Positions 42,101-49,225 of a DNA stretch of 64,000 nucleotides are shown one piece after another. Origin of the DNA: Coleofasciculus chthonoplastes F2-STO-03. Lineage in GTDB: Bacteria; Cyanobacteriota; Cyanobacteriia; Cyanobacteriales; Coleofasciculaceae. Position 1 is the stretch's first letter. Every line of letters starts with the position of its first letter. A program made the position numbers and the translations under genes. The notes under the pieces are model-generated. The model was not told the origin of the DNA. It did not search any database and saw only the letters and a program-made list of their open reading frames with translations. The DNA lies in contig JAVJWO010000046.1 in the NCBI GenBank assembly GCA_040222015.1, positions 1 through 64,000 on the forward strand. The letters run 5' to 3'.

Positions 42101-42467
42101 CACACCAGATCCAGATATATTTGACCAGATTCAGGTAGGCGATCGCTTGATTTCAAACAATGGTGCTACCTGTATTTGCATCAAGAAAAAGCTCAATCCA
42201 AAACAAATTACAGTCAGGTGGGGCGGGGGGTCCGTAACTGAATTGGATGATGTTTTCATTGAAATCATGCGATTGCAGATTAAAACCCGCCTAAGACCTG
42301 GGCTGCGTGTACGTTATCAACATTGGCATGGACGTTTGAGTTCCAAGCTAAAAAATAATAAATGGTATGTAAACTGGGAGGGATTTTTCGACCAAGGATT
42401 ACGCAAAAAATACGGGGAACCGCCCAAGAGCGCGATCGCACCCCAGGACTTTGAGGTAGTCGAATGA
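39195..42467 (+). CDS. Replication protein: DnaB N-terminal domain, AAA_25/RepA-type helicase, wHTH, ASCH, repeats
   Basis: LPPQNLEAEESVLGGILLD DnaB-N; Walker A SAPGVGKT; Walker B AIIIDSL; HHAN..LRGTTA; ASCH LTIKQP..G.KRYEVRS..TNYRG.ILIH. Confidence 0.85.
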   Translation: MSIMSERVIKNSQLDHYLSTLPPQNLEAEESVLGGILLDENAMARVVETLTPEAFYISAHQEIYRAALTLYKQGGLTDFMTVTDWLYAHKLLDKIGGQNKIAQLIDRTVSAVNIDRHAALVMDKYLRRQLIQAGNEIASVFGDTFNPTDKAVEIARNKLENLIPFSESRKEREYNSLMEKAEKIILYEDNPGKRLWDLQGLAKRHGLSAQKLEEIYYKHLLHKDSTPSMTWDELIKHESDSPDWVYHGFMLRGSLTLLYSAPGVGKTLFFYFLAFCAAAGVSWETKIGQFSATAKRRRILFVQCDETRPEMIRSLRRLGFDATLQCQYLTDWNVNEIPKLIREIQSFKPDAIIIDSLSSVGDWTVEENNTRFAVPVNMLRRLAGLFNCWIGLTHHANAEGGLRGTTAIAASASTVIKMERIQGQPLSSSQRKLIFQKNRAGTPWSAHCQVNFETGGWQILEGVEGTGIETVGVQGKIYSFLKENSPKRYETREMAEILAQAQPSIRRACNQLSGLGLISKVQLNRKCLYFVQRDEDEWDDASPDPGGDHGDHVDPEAITGDGSHPNSFQQGDSASSDHAIAQNQKSDEQFEDEKIDDRLIASAETTLNQEVECDPARVIASGSLQDRIAIENYRGLTIKQPHAQRFSQGLKRYEVRSRKTNYRGLILIHSSKEYEKGFGMDRTLAEVEYPTGKILAVAELTDCIEITESFLNEQPEEELFGGYWQLGQWAWKLENIRPVHPYPGAAGNFMLWTPQIDHLEGVEIGDRVDVNNDSYVVPEIVGLIQELLEVEGGKPWVTLRNIKGLSKRQRNEILRRLLVTGRGYRIIWDGNNPDWGVIDPALIKRKELIDLRSPSKSSKSVYAFCQGEDGSTEYFDVFDEFFFQDDRREIPKLSDREKAEAKQKAFEKVMKALGEHEGPGAEPVTDDEAPGVEPVTDDEAPGVEPVTDDEAPGVEPVTDDEASGVEPVTTPDPDIFDQIQVGDRLISNNGATCICIKKKLNPKQITVRWGGGSVTELDDVFIEIMRLQIKTRLRPGLRVRYQHWHGRLSSKLKNNKWYVNWEGFFDQGLRKKYGEPPKSAIAPQDFEVVE
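41941..42101 (+). repeat. 33-bp in-frame tandem repeat, about five copies (EAPGVEPVTDD)
   Basis: CCTGGCGTTGAACCCGTAACCGATGATGAAGCC repeated inside the replication gene. Confidence 0.93.
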
Positions 42468-43543
42468 GCCGCCGCAACAAGGGAACCGTAGCCATCGAAT
42501 CCGTAAAGGGGCGGTTACGGCTGCGGCTTCCCCGATTTTGCCCCATAAGATATCTATCTCTCAATCTCTCTGACACCGCCCGAAACCGAAAAATAGCTTC
42601 GGCTAAAGCCGGACAAATAGAGTCAGACATCATATTTGAACGGTTTGATATTACGCTCAATCGATATAGAAATCCTTTACAGCTACCCAAGGGTAAAACT
42701 CCACTCTTAGAAATTTGGGATGCTTACGTTCAAACGCGGGTGCAGGTAATCAGTCAGACTACGCTCAATACTGACTATAAACGAGTACGTGATCGATTAA
42801 TCGCTTACCCTACCACCTTAGATAAAACCGTAATTTTTAAAAACTGGCTGACCAAAAACTACAAGCTGGGAAGCGTGAGGCGAATCTTGAGCCAACTTCG
42901 ATCGGCGTGTGAGTGGGCTGTGGAAGAAGGCTTAATCGAATCCAATCCGTTTAAGCAGCTTCCCAAGGCTCAAGTTAGTACATCCGCGCCGGACCCATTC
43001 ACAAAAGAGGAGCGAGACTTAATTATTCGAGGATTTGCGGAAAGTTTCTACTATAAGCATTACACCCCATTTGTGAAGTTTCTGTTCTGGACAGGGTGTC
43101 GAACATCTGAAGCGATCGGGCTTCAGTGGCGACACATCGATCAAGAGCAAAAATTCATAACTTTTGAAGAGGCGCTGGTAAATGGAGTTCGCAAAGACAC
43201 AAAAACTCATAAGCCCCGACGTTTTCCGACAAACCAAGCTATTCGCAATTTACTTGAGGACAGGCAGCCGGAGCCGCCAGATTTCAGGCGATTGGTCTTT
43301 CGATCAAAGCGGGGATTAGCTATAGACTCCCACAATTTCCTGAATCGGGCATGGCGATCGGTGTTGGGGGGATTACCCATCAGATACCGAAAGCAGTATT
43401 GCACCAGGGCGACCTTTATCACTCTTTGCCTTGAAGAAGGCGTCCCAGTAGCACAGGTTGCCGCTTGGGTGGGAAATTCGCCTAAAACTATCTGGCAGCA
43501 TTACGCCGGAATCGTAAGCGCGATCGCAGTGCCAGAACCATAA
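42464..43543 (+). CDS. Tyrosine recombinase/integrase with N-terminal arm-binding domain
   Basis: GRLRLRLP N-terminal domain, TGCRTSE, TKT, YCTRATF, VGNS, HYAG; ATGA coupling to the replication gene. Confidence 0.93.
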   Translation: MSRRNKGTVAIESVKGRLRLRLPRFCPIRYLSLNLSDTARNRKIASAKAGQIESDIIFERFDITLNRYRNPLQLPKGKTPLLEIWDAYVQTRVQVISQTTLNTDYKRVRDRLIAYPTTLDKTVIFKNWLTKNYKLGSVRRILSQLRSACEWAVEEGLIESNPFKQLPKAQVSTSAPDPFTKEERDLIIRGFAESFYYKHYTPFVKFLFWTGCRTSEAIGLQWRHIDQEQKFITFEEALVNGVRKDTKTHKPRRFPTNQAIRNLLEDRQPEPPDFRRLVFRSKRGLAIDSHNFLNRAWRSVLGGLPIRYRKQYCTRATFITLCLEEGVPVAQVAAWVGNSPKTIWQHYAGIVSAIAVPEP

Positions 43544-43705
43544 GCGATCGCCATTCGAGTGCCGGAAAAATTTGCCTAAAGCTACTCGATCTAGCTAGGC
43601 GGTGGGATGCAGAGCCTGACCCAGAGGACAAATAATATCCAAACCATATCCATTTTGGGCAAAAACCTTAAAAATATTTTCAAAACCACGAATAGTACAT
43701 AAACA

Positions 43706-43744
43706 CTAAAAGACGCTACACACTCGCAGTGCAGCGTCTTTTAG
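43706..43744 (-). terminator. Hairpin downstream of tRNA-Phe (inside the element)
   Basis: CTAAAAGACGCT...AGCGTCTTTTAG 12-bp inverted repeat. Confidence 0.7.
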
Positions 43745-43757
43745 GTGGTATACTTGA

Positions 43758-43830
43758 TGCCAGGAGGCGGACTTGAACCGCCGACACGGGGATTTTCAGT
43801 CCCCTGCTCTACCGACTGAGCTATCCCGGC
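43758..43830 (-). tRNA. trnF: tRNA-Phe (GAA)
   Basis: Reverse complement GCCGGGATAGCTCAGTCGGTAGAGCAGGGGACTGAAAATCCCCGTGTCGGCGGTTCAAGTCCGCCTCCTGGCA folds into a cloverleaf with anticodon GAA; CCA not encoded. Confidence 0.97.
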
Positions 43831-44046
43831 TTGTTATCCTTGCGCCTTAACTAAGGTAGCAAACTTAACCAGGTGTTGGCAAGCCTGATCAGGAATAAAT
43901 GTGATTTAGCCTATCAATTGAATCTTGCCATTAGCTGATTATAGACCAATCGATTACAATTCAACAACTAGATTTGAAATTTCTTCGAGTGTCATTTCAG
44001 CTACGCTCCTACCACAGTTTAGCTTAATTGTCAAGGCATACAAGGG

Positions 44047-45963
44047 TTAGCTAATGCCCGTCAAACGCCGATTATAGGTATTCATGAAATTGGTAAAAAT
44101 CTGATTGAGTTGTCCTGTACAGCAATCGGTTTGGGTGAGAACCTTGGGAGAATTGGCAAAAGGTGAAAAAAGCTTGCCGATCGCACCGTGATTCAGGGTG
44201 GGGAAGCGGATGGCAATCTTCTGGTTACTCACGTTTAACACTTGGAACCAAGTGGTTAAGCTGGGTGGGAGTTGAGTACTCAGGCGTAGGGATAAGCTGG
44301 GAGTGGAAAGCGATTGGGCGTAGGCGGGTGTCAAGAAGGGTTTATAACGTTGAGCTTCGGGGGTTAGCTGTTTAATGAAGGCTAAACTCACCCCTCGAAA
44401 CAGCCGACGTAGGGGTTCGGCTTCTTGATCAGTTAGTTCTTTGACCAAAGTACTGCTGGTTACAGCTTCATTGAGACTAGCGCGATCGGTGACACTTAGG
44501 TGAGTTCCCCCTAATGCCACCAGCAGATACTTGAGTCCGCTTAACTGATCAAAAGCCCGAAGTTGGTGTTCCAGAGAGGGAGTAATCGCGTCATCGGTTC
44601 CCGTTAACAGCAACGTGGGAATTTTTATCTCCTCTAGACCCGTGCTACCAAATAAATGTCCCGTGACGGCGTTGAGAGCCATCACCTGAACCACCCGCCG
44701 ATCGCGTAACTGCACATTGTCTTCCTGTAAGTCTGTGGCAGAACATTGAAACCAGTCAGCAGGTGAGCGTTCTAGAGGACTACGCTTTTGACAAAACTCT
44801 TGCAATTCCTCTAGGTCAAGTTGTCCTCCGGCTAAGGCTAAAGCGGTGTAGCCGCCTAGGGAATGACCAATAACGGTAACTTGTTCCGTATTCAATTTGC
44901 CCCGCAATGATCCATAGCCTCGATTAATTCGCGCCAACCGATCTAAGACAAAGCTGACATCCTGAGGACGGTCGATAAACTCCGATGCGGGTAACACCTC
45001 TCCAATGTTACTCCTGAGAGAAACGCCACTGAGCCAGCTAAAATTACTGCCGGGATGTTCTATTGCCACAACGGTTAAACCATTAGACGCGAGATGACGT
45101 GCTAGGTAGGTTAAAAATTTGCGGTCAGACCCAAAGCCGTGGGAAAGAACGACCAAAGGTCCTGAAGTATTGCCCACCCAGTAAACATCCACGGGAATAG
45201 CCCGATCGCGATCGCGATCCCGTAACCTCAGGGTACGTTCCCGGACATATTGATAACCTGTCACTGTTGGATCAAAATCAGCCGTAAAAGTTGGCGTATC
45301 CGCTACCGTGAGTTCCTGTTCCAGGATCGGATTAACCACTTGAGATTGTAAGTAAGGCAGATTCATTTGCAGTATGATCGCGATCGCGGATGAGGCATTG
45401 ATCGTGACCGTCTCTTCTGGGTAAGCTCTTAAAAAACTTAGCACCGACAATCCATTCGCTTGGCGTGCCGCTAAAAATAGAGCCGCTTTTAACTGATCAA
45501 GACTGCTATCCGGGAGTACTTTACCAATTTGATCCAGTAAGCGGGCGCCATCGGTGGACAGTAGCAAATCATTGATAAATTTCTCAGCCAGATTGGGGTC
45601 GAGTTGCAGGCGTCTGTTGAGTACCTGCTGGACTTGGGGGGTGAGTAAGGAACGGTAGGGTGTGAGAGTCGGCGGTAATTGACCCGTCTGTGCCCATTCT
45701 TCTAGATCCGCGATTTCCACCGATTGCTGAAACGGACCTAATTGCAGGGTAACTCGTTCCGCCGCATTCAGGGGAGTGGCGATTCCCCAAGAAATGGCGA
45801 CGCCGAATAAAAAAATGTGGTGTTTAACTTTCTGGATTAGCCCTCTGGACTTCACTCCTTTTCTCGGTTGAGTACACCGAGAGTCTTTGCTATCAAACCG
45901 ATTAACTTGAAACGTCATGATGTAATGATTTGACTGGGGTGGATGGAGGATAAAGAGTTTCAA
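44047..45963 (-). CDS. Alpha/beta hydrolase with N-terminal DUF1400-like domain
   Basis: AAERVTL N-domain, SHGFGS, GHSLGG nucleophile elbow, GTHLS; true start probably downstream of the ORF start. Confidence 0.87.
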   Translation of the reverse strand: MKLFILHPPQSNHYIMTFQVNRFDSKDSRCTQPRKGVKSRGLIQKVKHHIFLFGVAISWGIATPLNAAERVTLQLGPFQQSVEIADLEEWAQTGQLPPTLTPYRSLLTPQVQQVLNRRLQLDPNLAEKFINDLLLSTDGARLLDQIGKVLPDSSLDQLKAALFLAARQANGLSVLSFLRAYPEETVTINASSAIAIILQMNLPYLQSQVVNPILEQELTVADTPTFTADFDPTVTGYQYVRERTLRLRDRDRDRAIPVDVYWVGNTSGPLVVLSHGFGSDRKFLTYLARHLASNGLTVVAIEHPGSNFSWLSGVSLRSNIGEVLPASEFIDRPQDVSFVLDRLARINRGYGSLRGKLNTEQVTVIGHSLGGYTALALAGGQLDLEELQEFCQKRSPLERSPADWFQCSATDLQEDNVQLRDRRVVQVMALNAVTGHLFGSTGLEEIKIPTLLLTGTDDAITPSLEHQLRAFDQLSGLKYLLVALGGTHLSVTDRASLNEAVTSSTLVKELTDQEAEPLRRLFRGVSLAFIKQLTPEAQRYKPFLTPAYAQSLSTPSLSLRLSTQLPPSLTTWFQVLNVSNQKIAIRFPTLNHGAIGKLFSPFANSPKVLTQTDCCTGQLNQIFTNFMNTYNRRLTGIS

Positions 45964-46119
45964 ATAAAGCGACCCAACACCGTATAGATAAGTTTCCCTG
46001 ACATTGTTCCTACTACCGCGAAAAAATACTTATGCTTTTCCTATATATATAAGACATCTAGTCAGGGATGAGAATTGAGAGATAATAATCAAGTGTATGC
46101 TTGCGGAAACTTTCTCCTC

Positions 46120-47043
46120 GTGTGCAAACCTCTCGTCCTCATGGATCATGATGGCGGTGTCGATGATTACTTGGCAACCGTCTTGCTGATGACAATGGAT
46201 CACATCCAACCTTTGGGTATCGTTGTCACCCCAGCTGATTGCTATATTCAACCCGCCGTTAGCGCCACGCGCAAAATTTTAGACCTAATCGGATGTTCTC
46301 ATATCCCCGTTGCCGAGAGTACGGTACGCGGGATTAATCCCTTTCCTCCCCTTTACCGTCGGGATGCGTTTATTGTGGATCATCTGCCGATTCTTAACCA
46401 GAATGACGCCATCCAAACCCCCCTGCTAAAGGAAACGGGTCAAGAGTTTATCGTGCGATCGCTGCGAACGGCTGACCAACCCGTTACCCTAATGGTGACA
46501 GGACCTCTCACCACTGTCGCCACCGCCCTCAACCTCGCCCCGGATAGTGCCGCGAAGATTGAGCAAATCGTCTGGATGGGGGGTGCGATTCACGTTGCTG
46601 GTAATGTGGAAAAAAGTCTAGAACCCGGACAAGACGGTTCAGCCGAATGGAACGCCTACTGGGACCCCCTCGCCGTACATCAGATTTGGCAAACTCAGAT
46701 TCCTATTGTCCTTTGTCCCCTTGACCTCACCAATACTGTCCCCGTTACCTCGGAGTTTGTTTACAAATTGGGGAAACAGCGTCGCTATCCCATTTCAGAT
46801 TTTGCGGGTCAATGTTACGCCTTAGTGATTCCCCAAGACTATTATTTCTGGGACGTTCTCGCCACCACCTATCTCGCCCATCCGGATTTCTTTACCTGGC
46901 AAGAGTTGGAAACCTCGGTAATTCCTCAGGGTTCCAGTCAAGGTCGTATCCAGGTTGAGGCGGGAGGAAAACGGATTCGGGTTCTGGATACCGTCGATAA
47001 GACAGAATACTACTCCTATCTCTTACATCAGTGGGCAAGGTAA
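46120..47043 (+). CDS. Inosine/uridine-preferring nucleoside hydrolase
   Basis: DHDGGVDD, TGPLT, WMGG, AEWNAYWDP, PLDLT motifs; start placed at the GTG at 46120. Confidence 0.92.
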   Translation: MCKPLVLMDHDGGVDDYLATVLLMTMDHIQPLGIVVTPADCYIQPAVSATRKILDLIGCSHIPVAESTVRGINPFPPLYRRDAFIVDHLPILNQNDAIQTPLLKETGQEFIVRSLRTADQPVTLMVTGPLTTVATALNLAPDSAAKIEQIVWMGGAIHVAGNVEKSLEPGQDGSAEWNAYWDPLAVHQIWQTQIPIVLCPLDLTNTVPVTSEFVYKLGKQRRYPISDFAGQCYALVIPQDYYFWDVLATTYLAHPDFFTWQELETSVIPQGSSQGRIQVEAGGKRIRVLDTVDKTEYYSYLLHQWAR

Positions 47044-47512
47044 CATATAAAGTGTGATTTAAGTCACTTTACTCACGCTCAGCCGAGTTGTCTGAGAATC
47101 ATGCCTCCCCCCACCCAATTAACGATTAACCCTTTCCTGGAAGGCGATTGAGGGGTTATCCCCTGCCAGTCTCACCCTTTGGGTGAAAACTAAATGAGAA
47201 TGGTTCATTTCTTTTAATAATTGTGATCATCCTGTATTATGAAAGACAAAAACAGCAAAAATATGACAGAAGCGATTTTTGAGCAGAGTCGTTATCGCAA
47301 CTTGATCCCCTGATTGTCAGGGAGAAGGGTTCAGAGGCAGACTCTGCTCTTTTAGAGTTTCCATATAATATCCGACTTTTTTTAACGCTGAGAGAACGCT
47401 GAGAGGATAAATAATCAGTGCTGATTGACACTCACCTGACTACAGGTGAGACAAATTGGTTTTTTGTATCCTCTCCATTGAAGGGAAATTAGAGTGTAAC
47501 GGGATTTTTACC

Positions 47513-48601
47513 ATGACCTATTCTATCGCATCCACAGAACGTTACGTGTCCCAGCCGAGACCGCGTCAGCGTTCTACTGGTGGCAAACCACCAAACTCGT
47601 CAAAGTCCGACTCGTCAACATCCAACGTTCATTCCTTGGCGGTGCTTTGGGCGAGGAAATACTATACGGCTGTTACCAATCAAGACCAAGATGAGTCAGC
47701 CTCCAGTTTAGCGGCGGCGGATCTCAAGCAAACTGCCTCACTCGAAGCCAGAAAAAGCACGGCAGAGAAAATGATGCAAAAGCTCAACTTTGCCAGCGCC
47801 CAAGCGTGGTCATTGACCGAAACCCTGTTATCTGAGGAAATTCGTCGTCATGGTATTAATCCTGAATTAGTCAATCCCTTAGAAATTGCGGCTGATACCC
47901 GTTATCTGTTTCAAAAGACAGCAAATGCTTATGCTCAACGTGCAACACCCCGACGTTTATCGGTGATTGTCGGCAAAGATTTTGGTCAAGTGCGCCAAAA
48001 ATATACGAGTGTTGACCGCCGTGCGATCGGGTTTGTCAGTATGCAGTTCCACTACACGGGTCAAAAGATACTGGATTGGCTCTCACCAGCGGAACAAAAG
48101 CTGTGGCTTCCCTATTTAAAGGTAATGGATGACCACATGTATATGCCCCTACAAGCGGCGTATGATGCGGCTGCCAACCATCCCTACAATTCTCCGGCGC
48201 TATTAGCGGTGCAGAATCTGTTACCCATCAGCACGAAACTGGCTATTTCCGTTTGTCAACAAGTTTGCCGTCAGAATCCCAATTACGAAACCTACAGTGG
48301 TTCGTTGATGAGCAAAACCGTGAGAATTGCCAGTATCCGCGACGTGGAAATGTTTCAGGTTTATTTGTGTCTGTGTGTTTTAGAAGATGACATTCGGGCG
48401 GTGCAGCGAGAACTGTTTCCCCTGTGCGTCATGCTTTATCCGCGTCTGCGTGTCGGCTGGCGTTTAGTGCAGGATATGCTTAAAGCGATTGGTTGGGAAA
48501 TGTACAATCGTCTATCTCCCGAAAATATGGCAACCTTTTTACCCTATCTGCGGACATTAACGGAGATGTTCTCCTGTGACGTATTTCAAGAGCCAGAATA
48601 G
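47513..48601 (+). CDS. Hypothetical protein with a C-terminal phycobiliprotein-like (globin-fold) domain
   Basis: SIRDVEMF...LEDD...LYPRL...RLSPE..TFLPYL matches allophycocyanin helix spacing; start placed at MTYSIA. Confidence 0.65.
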   Translation: MTYSIASTERYVSQPRPRQRSTGGKPPNSSKSDSSTSNVHSLAVLWARKYYTAVTNQDQDESASSLAAADLKQTASLEARKSTAEKMMQKLNFASAQAWSLTETLLSEEIRRHGINPELVNPLEIAADTRYLFQKTANAYAQRATPRRLSVIVGKDFGQVRQKYTSVDRRAIGFVSMQFHYTGQKILDWLSPAEQKLWLPYLKVMDDHMYMPLQAAYDAAANHPYNSPALLAVQNLLPISTKLAISVCQQVCRQNPNYETYSGSLMSKTVRIASIRDVEMFQVYLCLCVLEDDIRAVQRELFPLCVMLYPRLRVGWRLVQDMLKAIGWEMYNRLSPENMATFLPYLRTLTEMFSCDVFQEPE

Positions 48602-48621
48602 TGTTGTATAGACATAACCTT

Positions 48622-48649
48622 GTAGAGACGTTGCATGCAACGTCTCTAC
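48622..48649. repeat. 28-bp perfect palindrome (GTAG-type REP)
   Basis: GTAGAGACGTTGCATGCAACGTCTCTAC; identical copy at 55610-55637. Confidence 0.9.
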
Positions 48650-49225
48650 AGTCTGGAAAGGAAGAGTTCTATAATTTTCTCGTTAAGCCTGCGTTGAAAA
48701 CTGCGCTTGCGTGAAGAGAAGCTAGTACGACGAATGACGAATGACGAATGACAAACCATAAAGCAACAGCAACTCTCAAAACTAGCTTGCTTGAATGATT
48801 TCCTGTTTAAGTTAATTCTATCTGGAGTTGCACTAAAAATTTAGTTTTGAGTGCTTAATCTCCCTAGTTTACAATTTTAGGAAATCTCAGCAATTTGTTG
48901 AGCGTTGCTGTTACTTGTCAATGAGGAAATAGAGATGAAATTTATCAGTCGGCTTTATACCTCCTAATTTTATTTTGTCAGTTCAACTTCTGTCATTAGT
49001 AAGCCTTTAGGCTTCAATTTCTAATATAATCACCTTTACGGGAAAGCACAAGTAAATGACATAGAAGTTTACGTTTCGATGGTTAAAGGCTGTCGTTTAT
49101 ATTACAAATAATTTACGAATAGGGTTCTAAGCGCCAAATTTACGTAATTCTACGGTAGCGATCGCATTTCTCCATCTGGCTTAATTTGAATATCAGTAGA
49201 AATACGGAGTCTGAGACAGGGTGTC

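Larger units (their letters stand above)
27291..43804. mobile_element. Integrative provirus-like element (~16.5 kb) inserted at tRNA-Phe
   Basis: Identical 48-bp repeats at both ends, tyrosine integrase next to the tRNA, replication gene, XRE regulator, coupled structural-like operon. Confidence 0.93.

Noticed and set aside
41941..42101. 33-bp repeats as a CRISPR array
   Set aside because: Head-to-tail repeats without spacers, in frame within a CDS
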